Below are positions 11,801-20,589 of a DNA stretch of 64,000 nucleotides, in pieces (position 1 is the first letter of the stretch; every line of letters starts with the position of its first letter). The notes beneath the pieces were generated by a model. That model did not search any database. It was not told where the DNA came from and was given only the letters and a program-made list of their open reading frames with translations. The translations under genes were made by a program, and so were the position numbers. Origin of the DNA: a virus (lineage: Duplodnaviria; Caudoviricetes); the IMG/VR virus record IMGVR_UViG_3300002055_000003, positions 1 through 64,000 of that record; one strand, 5' to 3'.

Positions 11801-13820
11801 TCGACGCATCTGCAACAATAAATTTTTGAGCATATTTACCTTCAACGTATGAATAAAGTAGTGGTCCGGTAGGTAAACCAGTTATTGGATGGTTTGGTGG
11901 GAATGGAAATTCTGTCGCATCATCATCGATATCATTCAAAAAGTTTCTAGGAATTGATATACTTGGAACCTCATTGAGAATACCGCCATAGACCCATTGA
12001 GTGTCATACCCAATCCACTCATCACCATGTACAGTAAACTTCGGCTGAAATGCTGTTACAGAAGCATCCACTGGTGTTGTGGTGGTAACTATAGTATTCC
12101 ATTCTTTGTCATTGGTGTTGTATTTAAATTCCGAACTTTCAACAATTAATTCATTTGCACTACTATCTGAAAAAATGTATCCAGTAACAAACGTATCAGT
12201 AACATCTCCAAATTTATGATCAAGTATGATTTCCGTATTTCCGTTTGATAATACAAACAAATCAAAATCAATTAATTCAAACAATGTTGGACTAACTTCA
12301 GAAAAATTAAAAACTCCAGATGCACCACTACGATACCGCCAATTGTGGTTTACTTCCAAATATTCATTCAATTCAAGGCCGCGAAAAAATTCTATAATTG
12401 GATAGTTTGCTTGTCGTGCTGACGCAAAATTTTCTACATCCGCTCTATGCACCCAACTATTTGACATCGACCATTGTGATTCTGCTTGTGGAACTTCTGT
12501 ACTACAATCCTCGGAAAAATCAAGAAGTTCTGAATTTGTAACAGAGTCTAATACCAACGAAAAGTTATTATATATTACTTTCCATGTTGATGAATCATAT
12601 TTAAATAAAGTATCCGAATCTGTCGCATACCACAATTCACCATCTGTGCCGGGAGCACTAGGATCATCAGTATTAGAGATATTAGCAATCAGGGTATTAT
12701 AACTACCATTCCAAATATCGGTTGTAGATGAATTATCGTCCCAAAGACCCGTATCATATGTTGAAGTTTCACCAGATTCACAGGCTACAACACCTGCTGC
12801 TATACTAATTTGCTCAACCAATGAAATTATACCGCCTGTTCGAACATCAGTAAATGTTCTATCAATTTCTATCACTGTGCTATCTGAAATTAATTCAGAA
12901 TTAGAAACAGATATAAAAGAACCATTTAAATCTTCATTATCAGTGTCTTTGACGAATGCAACAAAGCCATTTTCAAACAATAGAGTAAAATCGTCTGCTA
13001 TTTCAAATCCATTAAACTGGAAATACAAAACTTGACCAATCACTTCATTACCGACAATGCTATTAGCTTCTACTGATAATGTGGTTACATTGCTTCCAGA
13101 TACATAAACTGGACTGGTGATTAGTTTAACTTGACCGTTATTACTTACTGTATTTCTTATTGTAATATAGTCACCGTCAGATATGATATTTGATGCATCC
13201 CCAGCCACAGTCACCGTGTTATTTGTTGCATCAATAGATGCAATTGTAAATGTTTGGGTGGGTTCTGCTTCACGAAGACCGATTATTGGAAAAGTTTCGC
13301 CATATCGTTCAGCAATATTCCTAAGAGTACTTAATCTAACCCGCGCTTCATTCAGCACACTCTTAATTGTTATATATTCTGGTGTGCTGTTGGCATCAGG
13401 ATTAACCCAAAAGTAATCTCTAAAGTGTATTAATTTGTCAATATCGATTGGTGGAACCCAATTATATTTTTCAGTCTTCCCCCACTCTGAAAATTGTTCC
13501 ATATCAACGCCCTGTTCCTCCAGTTCATTGATTACATCAACCCATGACATATATCTTTTTTCAGTGCCCAATATTGCCGATATAATTGGCTGTAGTTGAT
13601 TAGCCTGTGAAATAATCGAATCTTCGATTATTTGACGAGAATTTATTGCACTAGTATTTCGCTTTCCAATATAACCATCAACAAAAGCAGTTTCTTTCTT
13701 GGAAAGAAATCGATTGAACGTATTCTCCATAATAGATTCGTTCGTCTCAGACTGGTATGGCGCTGGGAGAAGTTTATCTATCCGAGTTCTTAATTTTTTA
13801 TAGTCTGAATTATTAGCCAC
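5766..13820 (-). CDS. Giant virion structural protein (baseplate wedge-like, 2684 aa)
   Basis: GTG start downstream of TATAAATA late promoter; lies in baseplate operon after gp6; acidic, aromatic-rich, with G-x-x-W-Y-type repeats. Confidence 0.75.
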   Translation of the reverse strand: MANNSDYKKLRTRIDKLLPAPYQSETNESIMENTFNRFLSKKETAFVDGYIGKRNTSAINSRQIIEDSIISQANQLQPIISAILGTEKRYMSWVDVINELEEQGVDMEQFSEWGKTEKYNWVPPIDIDKLIHFRDYFWVNPDANSTPEYITIKSVLNEARVRLSTLRNIAERYGETFPIIGLREAEPTQTFTIASIDATNNTVTVAGDASNIISDGDYITIRNTVSNNGQVKLITSPVYVSGSNVTTLSVEANSIVGNEVIGQVLYFQFNGFEIADDFTLLFENGFVAFVKDTDNEDLNGSFISVSNSELISDSTVIEIDRTFTDVRTGGIISLVEQISIAAGVVACESGETSTYDTGLWDDNSSTTDIWNGSYNTLIANISNTDDPSAPGTDGELWYATDSDTLFKYDSSTWKVIYNNFSLVLDSVTNSELLDFSEDCSTEVPQAESQWSMSNSWVHRADVENFASARQANYPIIEFFRGLELNEYLEVNHNWRYRSGASGVFNFSEVSPTLFELIDFDLFVLSNGNTEIILDHKFGDVTDTFVTGYIFSDSSANELIVESSEFKYNTNDKEWNTIVTTTTPVDASVTAFQPKFTVHGDEWIGYDTQWVYGGILNEVPSISIPRNFLNDIDDDATEFPFPPNHPITGLPTGPLLYSYVEGKYAQKFIVADASNRTFEFANSNLRDKIILDQNDLRVYLNGVRLYGGYSEIEDTATNEFVIGIEVDSDVVLSTLDEILIEIGTSALEDHGLTNIRVRTIENDSEYTQTPFNDRKTLISAVRYKKTEQIKTETNQYPQFSLYNVDGTNANIAAPLFAFKTNQEQTIATELGLRVEVDSLTENYTFEQSLISDSNQLYAYATTPTNEYWVGDSVVYKNNNGVWNDKFVQGDTFKRAIVSNETPDVLFDGLVWFSPNQEKLFIYEAGNFVEITSVEISISNPAISTIWKKANNDYVPVKKDWNGRTQEEYNIERVAYTTGQTELLKFNNPTFTDEQVDELAQTMWLTSQQNNLSETGEWIGDWTLPDYFYFNVQNENRKEITTRELVGHFESIINSQNRVAGYVGDLRSQYHTLQQEDIDLGIGGKIHQYNNNFSTFISSVFVDNIIIPNLFEFAQNQYQILLDDARDISIANITQTLTEIPESEDIENILISKNVADRSLNSNLEFIYGDSTVFDISTGEGVRNWIATLPNIGILPAIQPSTNVDPVLDLYELVHHDGHRVNYALSTSKKDELFDTILNFYTNNPSQGTVQTTTPATNVTDLVNVTTLEDFVGGYYWIDTSTKKLYFAYVDFIQSGSVAIPDTIENTFWFDTDTSVVATGELKYSDGVAWNVVPVASAGDLINGTSIELSSVSIWREIDLNELVLNSILDIENRLYDKSKEIKNGDFAVTSNLEEYFLGYTKNIGDELPFLNTDYDATDPFSWNYKSSVFGNSYSIQAIDLTENAFIVSGTVATIFSTSPFFYIKNSGNNDGLWTVNVSLIDEDLSEQTTKIVVNEPITSVDTGLLYKGSLPSPSTNTGAESAVYWKALYQQFYNTPYPNLEPWKLQGYDGKPTWWDDEYKNTDPTVYGSRRWKHINGVGMWSNIGKGIVPTSRLLPNGNVSTGVSGEVTQYDYFSVNVGDVAVSSDSVNFYEPDDLYPPYFDYISAGIPSITDNKSLFNNFSFEILNPSDNYVFGENSSTEYEWRNSSQFLYDYAVQSYIESPIYFVTNTFGFETITIDGLLIDTKTKNVPSYKRTTFHGSLDDDDQIVKFNGINQWYINYNRYTNVDTNASNFYQLWTTWNAPLSYRFNSFIDVRTLDISNQQISVESNIDYSVHIKKTNGVKSFSINGLSTTLLGIPPKVINYDNSHLWKIQVSNNSTRNNSISYYGVKNYPFYADVETNTMKIYTYKIRDIELIRKTIELDNDLTDVFKAKELATFSSGSELEIFAVSYNESDNKTVLYFNDDLSSITVGELVSADVTTLPWETGDSVWFTTERKLPAPLFGDTPPIGPIQYFIIKLSDTEFRVAETERTAIANLPITLVNSGTSVHYVGEIVNTFIVGNSVNTDNYWRHYQLDTRIEKTINMPGVINGVQEYINVVDGYVEKLREEGFTFSDDTFGWQNQIERFIDYSFSVRQKLRNRTIGNRFQVKPDVQTNTWSWVDGFVDSPIPNGYAVNVVSKTGTGLPAPFLPKIPYYIIINLDGTFSLANSVNKASAGIPITLLDNGSANEIELYAAVDNVTRYPKIEVNTFKDRLSFMPPFGVVSDVIKGPFSDINVANSLRDQYGDPLLISDFIINRHDKKTDIQLTTIRRIDDTTVVDEIDDLGSEGYHYISAATFYVDTYEHIVEFEDYTNDDDLLYDGFVGLNIQRFNIDFNRPDEKTLRPNIGGSTIISEGRNLSTIDNIERMVDDLRYAYGSVAENESNRYAPYARETLGYNENSTESYLNSIDINEKSQFLFWQGLIQVKGSTRSIDSFINSKKFIDAQIDEFWAYEIADFGSVEEQEFPQVFINTGDVVDNNVKFEFIEGTEVAKPGYEISTYGIGGYDIITSADQIDTGEFIAISLNDSSRWYKQPDQANILEDNGLVIYFESAPVGSMEVTLSDYIGQPTPTITHNFMSDNVVIVVEFPEVGIDSYTVGDGFAAGDTTLKLRNRYIPFVGQTKVFKNGIVMQTPSDYSDVNQSSSILETVDEIFFSEPLLATDR

Positions 13821-13846
13821 GAAAATCCTATTAAACAGTTTTGATA

Positions 13847-13862
13847 GATGTATTTATACATC
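13847..13862 (-). promoter_or_regulatory. T4-type late promoter TATAAATA inside inverted repeat GATGTAT-AA-ATACATC
   Basis: Exact T4 gp55 consensus on the minus strand at 13858..13851, upstream of the giant ORF. Confidence 0.75.
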
Positions 13863-13883
13863 CTGTTTTTTTCAAAATTTGTG

Positions 13884-14261
13884 CTATTTTAACAAATCAG
13901 AAACCGAAGTTTTACCCCAAAATCGACAGCTCCAATAACGAGCAGATGTTTTATCCTTTGCAGTTGAGCAGTTATGTCGATCTCTAAATGCTTGGCGGCG
14001 CTTTGGATCATCACGTTTTATTTCAAGACCACCCTTTGATGGCTTACTATCTCCAAAACGAACAACCACAACATTACCTTTATCATTTTTGACATATACC
14101 TTAAATTTTTTCTTACCACCAGTATCTCGCATTGGTTTATTGAGTTGTACCGTCTTTCCTTGATATTCTGCTTCCGTCAATTCAGTAGGAGCCATAGCTT
14201 CTAATATAGAATCTTCATATAACTCTTCTTCTTCTATTAAATAATCTTTAAACGATCTCAT
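13884..14261 (-). CDS. Small basic protein with acidic N-terminal propeptide; probable internal head protein
   Basis: MRSFKDYLIEE N-terminus with several [ILV]-x-E sites, then a basic domain ending RHNC...YWSCRFW. Confidence 0.6.
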   Translation of the reverse strand: MRSFKDYLIEEEELYEDSILEAMAPTELTEAEYQGKTVQLNKPMRDTGGKKKFKVYVKNDKGNVVVVRFGDSKPSKGGLEIKRDDPKRRQAFRDRHNCSTAKDKTSARYWSCRFWGKTSVSDLLK

Positions 14262-17200
14262 TGATTCAGAGTCTCCGCATTAAGGCTTGTTACAATATCA
14301 ATATTTGATGATGTAATATCTGGAATAAAAATTTCATCATCACGAGCTTGAATTTGATACAAATCACCAAACTGTGTGTTATTATCTTCTGGTACAAGTA
14401 CTATTGTTTGGATATTTGCATTTAATTCTGCATGTATGGCTGCTGCCAATTCACTAAAATAAAACGTCTCACCGAAATTCCAATTAGAAGAATCAAAAAA
14501 ACTAATAACAACACTTCTAATTCTATTTTTTATATCATTTTCAGATGCCGTATTTTGGGGTGATAGAATCACTTTAAATCGGGCGCGGTCTGCGGATGCT
14601 GCTTTATTGCCAAATAATACCCGTAGGCTACCTGAATGCATGACAACTGTATCTGAAATCATTTTACTTTTAAGTAGCGTTCTGAATGTCCTAGACAAAG
14701 TATAACTACTTGGTTTCTCTGGAGCACTAGTAATTACATTGTTTATGTACGCATTGAAATCTCTGTAATAACCGTCTGTGATAACAAAAATATCAATTAT
14801 ATTACTGGGCGCAGGATCAATTAGTGATAAACGTGGTGTTGAATGAAACCATGAAAAATTCATAGGGAATCTTCCTTCATATCTAATATACCTACGCTCA
14901 CTTTCTGCTGATGTTTGTTCTTGAAAATATAGAAGTCTTGTTGCATCACTATCTTCTGCAATAGTCCACGGATCATTTACTGTTTCACGAACAAGATACA
15001 CATATCTGCGTACTTTAATTCTAAACAAATCATCTAACTGTGCTTCTGATGCTAAAATTTGAATCCAATTTCGAACAACCACTTCTGGCGAAGCATCACT
15101 GGGAGTGCCCAGATTTGGTGTTGTCCAACCTGAATTAAATAATAATCGTGTTGTTACTCCAGCACGAGTTCGATAAATTTCAACATCTTCATCTTCAAAT
15201 CCCTGCAAATAAGCTACGGACGACTCTAGTGTAAGTGGTTGACCGTCATTTGTACCAAGAACCGTTGCATCTGGGTATCTGGCGACACCGGGTGAAATTT
15301 CAGTTGGTATTTCAGATACATATTCAATAAAACTTCCAAATATCTCTGCTTGGTTTATATTATCTGGAATATCATCGTTGTTTTTATCGACGGGTAAAAT
15401 ACTTAAACTATTGATAGTATCAAAATCATCATTTAATGATTCTTGCCTAACAATATTGTATCGTATATCCTCTGAAAGTAATGCAGTGCCATCAACATTT
15501 TTATTAGCAGATAGTACTGTAATAACATCATTCTCACTTAAAAGAGAGTTCATGTTTATTACTGCATCAGTTCCATTTTCATTCCAGAATCTAGTAGTAT
15601 CACTGTATGCGATTAACGAATCAGTAGCTTGATAAATTGTCCACCCACTATGGGTATTTCCAGCTTCAAATTCAGGAATTATCTGAAAGACTAATATATC
15701 ATCTACATTTGGTGATGGATTGGTTGTATTTGATGCATCAACTGGAAATACCCATAAATCGCGGGATGGTGAATAATAAAGATTTAATGTTGATCCAATC
15801 GTTCCTGACGCATTAGTGTTATTCACGATTCTATCTAATTCTTCAGAAATTCGAGTAACTTCTGGCTTATCTGCTGTTTCTAAGAATAGCGTTCTATATG
15901 TTGTATTGCTTTGTTCAATTATCTCAAGTCTTGAAGCCGCCATCAAGAAAAAATCTATTGTCTCAAGACGAGGTTGTACATAATTATTCAGTAACTCGAT
16001 ACCAGTTATTGCTTCATTTACCACTTCCGTTTGACCGTTAATGGGTGCTTCCCTTTTTCGAAAAATAGCAAGATCATCACCAAATAATTTAACATCTTCA
16101 TAATATTCTTTTGGATCATGCCATGCAATATATTTTGAGTCACCTGCAAATGTACGATTAATTGCTTGAAGTTTGACAATACGAGGGTCTTGTAACATAT
16201 AACTATTATAATCTCGTGCATTGACCATACGATCCTGCGTATAATAAACTGATGGTGCTACACTTCTTATATGTTCTAAAGTTTCACTAGCACTACTATT
16301 TTGTAATGAATTCACTAATGAAAATGTGAATGTGAATGTTTGAGTTATATTATTTGCATCTAGATATACAAATGAAACCGTTTCGTCTGTTATTGATGAC
16401 TTTGGAATAGTTGTAGTATCATTTGCTGACGTTCTAAACCAAATGTCAAAAGCTCCATTAGGGATATCAGAAAATTCACCATCACCGAAGATAATTTTTA
16501 TTTGATCATTGTCAAGTGTTTCAACGTCAACCTTTCGGCGACTCTCGGTTGTGTTAAATGCGATATTTTCAATACTATCATCTCCAATAATATCCCATTC
16601 ACCATAGCGAGTATCTGTATTTGAAAAAAATGTTTCAAATGGATCATTGATGATAATTGATCTATCATCTTGATTTACGTTATTAACGAAAACATCAGTT
16701 TGGTTTATATTGTTAACAGGTATGGTATATGTTTGATTCGGAGTAATTCCATCAAAAAATGCTTGGCGGCGTTGTAGAGTTCCTTGTTTTGTTAACATCA
16801 AAAACCCAGTAGTATCAGAAGCATCACCCAGACCATCAGATGCGTACATAAATGTAAAATTTGATCTAACTTCCGGTCGGCGCTCAACTGGCCCATCTTC
16901 TTCTAACGCGACTGGAACTAATTCCATATCAAAATTGATATCTGATACTGTTACTGAATATGGAAATGTTACACTCGTTTCTTGATTTCTCGATGCGTTT
17001 TTAAATGTATACAACTCAAATAAAACATTATCAACTTGAGTTCGACTATCAGCGCCCACCGAACCAAAATTTTGCGACATTACTTGATTCATAATCAATA
17101 AAAATTGATCTTTCCATTTTTGATTATTAGTATCGTTCCAATTAATTCTTCGATTTGCTAGATTAATTCCATCAACATCCCGAATCGCTTCGGTAGTTTT

Positions 17201-17554
17201 AATAGATGTAATCTTGGTCAAGCCTCGATGTGGAATATTTCTGTATGGTTTATATGAAATTAGCTTTGCAAGACGCAATATAGATTCTTTTCGCTGTGCA
17301 GTTGAAAGAAAATTCTCCTGAGCATTCATATCTAAACGATAAGAGATGAGTTCCCCCACATACGCAAAGGTTTCAATAATAGCAATTAATTCCGAAGATT
17401 CAATAAAATCATCAAAATCTTCGACATAATAAACTTTTAAGTAATCAACAAGAGATCGTTTGATTGTATTATAATCAAAAGCGTTAAAATTTATCTGCGA
17501 GAATGCTTGATGAACTGTTTCATATGTTTCTGCGGAAGCTATCTGTCTACTCAT
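14258..17554 (-). CDS. gp6: Baseplate wedge protein, T4 gp6-like
   Basis: N-terminal NFNAFDYNTIK...FAYVGELISYRLDMNAQENFLSTAQRKESILRLAKLISY and internal QDRMVNARDY motifs of the gp6/baseplate J family; follows gp25. Confidence 0.85.
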   Translation of the reverse strand: MSRQIASAETYETVHQAFSQINFNAFDYNTIKRSLVDYLKVYYVEDFDDFIESSELIAIIETFAYVGELISYRLDMNAQENFLSTAQRKESILRLAKLISYKPYRNIPHRGLTKITSIKTTEAIRDVDGINLANRRINWNDTNNQKWKDQFLLIMNQVMSQNFGSVGADSRTQVDNVLFELYTFKNASRNQETSVTFPYSVTVSDINFDMELVPVALEEDGPVERRPEVRSNFTFMYASDGLGDASDTTGFLMLTKQGTLQRRQAFFDGITPNQTYTIPVNNINQTDVFVNNVNQDDRSIIINDPFETFFSNTDTRYGEWDIIGDDSIENIAFNTTESRRKVDVETLDNDQIKIIFGDGEFSDIPNGAFDIWFRTSANDTTTIPKSSITDETVSFVYLDANNITQTFTFTFSLVNSLQNSSASETLEHIRSVAPSVYYTQDRMVNARDYNSYMLQDPRIVKLQAINRTFAGDSKYIAWHDPKEYYEDVKLFGDDLAIFRKREAPINGQTEVVNEAITGIELLNNYVQPRLETIDFFLMAASRLEIIEQSNTTYRTLFLETADKPEVTRISEELDRIVNNTNASGTIGSTLNLYYSPSRDLWVFPVDASNTTNPSPNVDDILVFQIIPEFEAGNTHSGWTIYQATDSLIAYSDTTRFWNENGTDAVINMNSLLSENDVITVLSANKNVDGTALLSEDIRYNIVRQESLNDDFDTINSLSILPVDKNNDDIPDNINQAEIFGSFIEYVSEIPTEISPGVARYPDATVLGTNDGQPLTLESSVAYLQGFEDEDVEIYRTRAGVTTRLLFNSGWTTPNLGTPSDASPEVVVRNWIQILASEAQLDDLFRIKVRRYVYLVRETVNDPWTIAEDSDATRLLYFQEQTSAESERRYIRYEGRFPMNFSWFHSTPRLSLIDPAPSNIIDIFVITDGYYRDFNAYINNVITSAPEKPSSYTLSRTFRTLLKSKMISDTVVMHSGSLRVLFGNKAASADRARFKVILSPQNTASENDIKNRIRSVVISFFDSSNWNFGETFYFSELAAAIHAELNANIQTIVLVPEDNNTQFGDLYQIQARDDEIFIPDITSSNIDIVTSLNAETLNQ

Positions 17555-18344
17555 TTAACCATCTCTTAGTATCATTATCACTATTTAGCCTACTTGTACA
17601 TGAATTGATCAGTGGATAAATTACATCCTTAAAATATTTTCGCGTAACTGATTTCTTCATACTTGCTTTGAATTTGGTATATGGAACTCTATACACATGT
17701 ATACCAACCTGTGATGACATTTTATCTTTCCATTTGTCTGCTTTTTGTATTTCCAAAAGATAAGACTTACCACCCCATTCGCGTATTGGCTCAAAATGCT
17801 GCCTACCATCAATCTCTATATTCATTTTAATTGATGGTATTAAGAAATCGTATCTTCGAGTACCATTAGTCGTTTTCAAATGGGGCTGTGGGCAATCGCG
17901 CAAGTATGGTAATGATGGAAAAAACTCCTGTAAATACTCCTCAAATAAATCTTCAGTCAAGTTATTATGACCGCATTGTGGACATCCTTTTCCACGTAAA
18001 TGATTATTTGGTGTTTGTTTAAAATCACCATGTTTTGGACATGTTATAGTTACATGCTGATAACTTCTTTCATATATTGTACTATCGTATGAATATTTAA
18101 ATGTGTGTATTTTATTTGCATTGTCAATAAATTCGGCAGTTGATAGTGGTACAGAACCAGCACACTTATGACATCCTTTTCCACGTAAATGATTATTTGG
18201 TGTTTGTTCAAAATCACCATGAATGTTACAGTGTATTGTTAACTTATTTTTAGTAAGTGTATATATCGATTTATCATACCCATATAAATCACCATGAACA
18301 TTAACAGCCTTTTTAACAAATTCTTCAGTAGTAAGTTTTTGCAT
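17547..18344 (-). mobile_element. Free-standing putative homing endonuclease: CxxHG Zn-finger repeats plus Vsr/DUF559-like PD-(D/E)xK nuclease
   Basis: Two near-identical C-x2-HGDF-x-QTPNNHLRGKGC-x2-C repeats; C-terminal YDFLIP...IEIDGRQH; wedged between gp25 and gp6. Confidence 0.75.
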
Positions 18345-18346
18345 AT

Positions 18347-18718
18347 TTAAGCTTCGAACTGAAGATTCAGATCAAGGGTATCAGTTCTATCTAATTCAAC
18401 ATAAAACAATATGGCAGATGCTTGTACTGCACTTTCGTCGGCATTGACTTGCATATCAAAATCCACTAGTTGCACTCGGGGATCGAAATCAAAAACAGTA
18501 CGCAACTCATCTTCGATAAGTTCAGTAGTAATGTCATCTAGTGGTTCAAAAAGTATTTCAGGTATTAATGTTCCAAAATTTGGCATCATTACTCGGGAGC
18601 CACGAGATGTAAATATATGAGCGATTAAATCAGTTTTAACTAATTCTAAATCAGTTTGAACGAATTGTTTGTTTTCTTGAAATTGATAACTCGAAAACCC
18701 TTTATATACTGATGCCAT
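18347..18718 (-). CDS. gp25: Baseplate wedge subunit, T4 gp25-like
   Basis: VKTDLIAHIFTSRGSRVMMPNFGT...LFEPLD...FDPRV signature; GGAG SD. Confidence 0.92.
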   Translation of the reverse strand: MASVYKGFSSYQFQENKQFVQTDLELVKTDLIAHIFTSRGSRVMMPNFGTLIPEILFEPLDDITTELIEDELRTVFDFDPRVQLVDFDMQVNADESAVQASAILFYVELDRTDTLDLNLQFEA

Positions 18719-18765
18719 TGTAGATTACTCTCCATAAGCATATTTATTGTATTGAACTTATAAAG

Positions 18766-20589
18766 TTAACGTCGCCATCTCACATTCCTGTTAAAATCTT
18801 TATTACGTTCTACGCTACCAGTACCAGCATTTGGATCAGTCGAGATATATTCAGAAATCGAGTCAACATCATCATCTAATATAGCAAACAGATCAAGGGT
18901 TGATTCTCCTGTGGATTCTTTATCAGTCTCTTCTAATTTTAAATATGTTCGTGTAAATGGCTCATGTTGCGGAACCCTAGAAACGAAATTTGCAGGCAAT
19001 TCTTCAGCGGTGGAGCCAGATGATTCTATAGTAGTCGCTATTGGAGCTACTATGGGTGCGGGTTCTGGTGTTGGTGTTGGTGGTGTCACTGGCAGGGCGG
19101 CAGCACTTGGAACAGGTGGAGGAGATGGTATTGTTCCTGCTGCGTGTGCTGGCAATGGAACCATATGCAAATGTGAACGAAGACTTACATTACCGGCGAC
19201 AACATCTGCTGATGATGATAATAACCCAGTAGTTGAAATGGAACCCGTTGAAGACATTCCGCCAGATGCTGAGATGCCGCCAGATGCCGATAATGAACCC
19301 GTAGACACAGAACCGGTGAACACTGCGCTTGGAGCAGTTACGACTCCATCGGCGCTTACGTTTGCTGCTGCGTGTACATTTCCCTCAGAAAATATATCTC
19401 CGGTTGCCTTTATATTAGTGCCATCAAAATCATACCCATCACTTTTCATTTTATATGAAGGTGTTGTTAGATCATATGAAGATATTGCAGAGATTACAAT
19501 AGAATCCGACGTTTGATCGAATTTTCCTGCTACTGTTGCAATAAAGTCCGTGTCTGCTTCCAATTTAATGTTATTAGAATGAATTTTTAAATCAGCGTCT
19601 GTTTTGATATGAGTATCAGTCTTTGAATGCATTCGAATATCATCACCAGATGTCATATGAATACCATTTTTTGCACCCATTCGTATTTTGTTTTGGGCAT
19701 ATAGGTTTATATCGGCATCTGACTTTATTGATATGTCTTCTTCACCGTAGATATCAATACCACCCTTTTCATCAATCTCAATCCATGTTTTACCTTTTGA
19801 TGTACTAATATAGATTCTTTCATTGGTATCATCTAAAATTACCTGACTTCCTGCGGTAGTACGGAAACGCATTCGACAACTATTTGGATCATCATCCATT
19901 GAGATTGAATGAAATCCGGGTGTTGTAATCGAATGTATCTTTGATCTTCCGTCTACATATCCCTGCGTTCGATCTACTGTAGTACCATCTGGATTTTCGA
20001 TTGTCTGTTCTTGTTGATCTGCTTCGGCAGAAGCTACAATTCGATCTCCGAATTGATTTTCTGGATAGGCGGATACTTGTCGATCCATCGCTCGTGTTGC
20101 ATATTCAGCACTTTCCCTATCACCATTAAACGCTTCCCCAAGGTTTGATGACAATGGCTCAATATCACCTTCTTCAGAAGTCTTTGGTTTTCTATCATCC
20201 AAATAACGACCGTGTGGAAGAGTATGAGAAAAGAATAATTCTGGTACACTACCAAGCCATACTCGTTGATTTGGATCATTATCAACTAATGTAACTAATA
20301 CTTGACTACCTACTTCTGGTATCGTCCATTGACCATATGATACATGACCGTCTGAAGTTACCTGATCAACTCCACGAGGTAGATTGTTGGTCACTCCGAA
20401 AAAAGGAGAACACATTCTTGTAGGAGGAAGATTTTCTAATGGTGTATTTCCATCTAACCATGCCTGACATCTAACGTAAATTCGACCCAATTGCATAGCA
20501 TCAGTAACACTCTCAACAATACCAATAGTCACCATTGGATATGTATGAGTATTTTCCATATCCGATGCTGATTTATAACGTCCTTTCAT
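18766..20589 (-). CDS. gp5: Baseplate hub/central spike, T4 gp5-like (OB fold plus beta-helix, no lysozyme)
   Basis: GIVES...QLGRIYVRC, WTIPEVGSQVLV OB-fold motifs; TPGFHSISMDD/RTTAGSQVILDD repeats; HLH tip motif. Confidence 0.85.
   Translation of the reverse strand: MKGRYKSASDMENTHTYPMVTIGIVESVTDAMQLGRIYVRCQAWLDGNTPLENLPPTRMCSPFFGVTNNLPRGVDQVTSDGHVSYGQWTIPEVGSQVLVTLVDNDPNQRVWLGSVPELFFSHTLPHGRYLDDRKPKTSEEGDIEPLSSNLGEAFNGDRESAEYATRAMDRQVSAYPENQFGDRIVASAEADQQEQTIENPDGTTVDRTQGYVDGRSKIHSITTPGFHSISMDDDPNSCRMRFRTTAGSQVILDDTNERIYISTSKGKTWIEIDEKGGIDIYGEEDISIKSDADINLYAQNKIRMGAKNGIHMTSGDDIRMHSKTDTHIKTDADLKIHSNNIKLEADTDFIATVAGKFDQTSDSIVISAISSYDLTTPSYKMKSDGYDFDGTNIKATGDIFSEGNVHAAANVSADGVVTAPSAVFTGSVSTGSLSASGGISASGGMSSTGSISTTGLLSSSADVVAGNVSLRSHLHMVPLPAHAAGTIPSPPPVPSAAALPVTPPTPTPEPAPIVAPIATTIESSGSTAEELPANFVSRVPQHEPFTRTYLKLEETDKESTGESTLDLFAILDDDVDSISEYISTDPNAGTGSVERNKDFNRNVRWRR

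Noticed and set aside
18911-19516. 201-aa plus-strand ORF
   Set aside because: Antisense shadow of the Ala/Gly/Ser/Pro-rich part of gp5; no start context.
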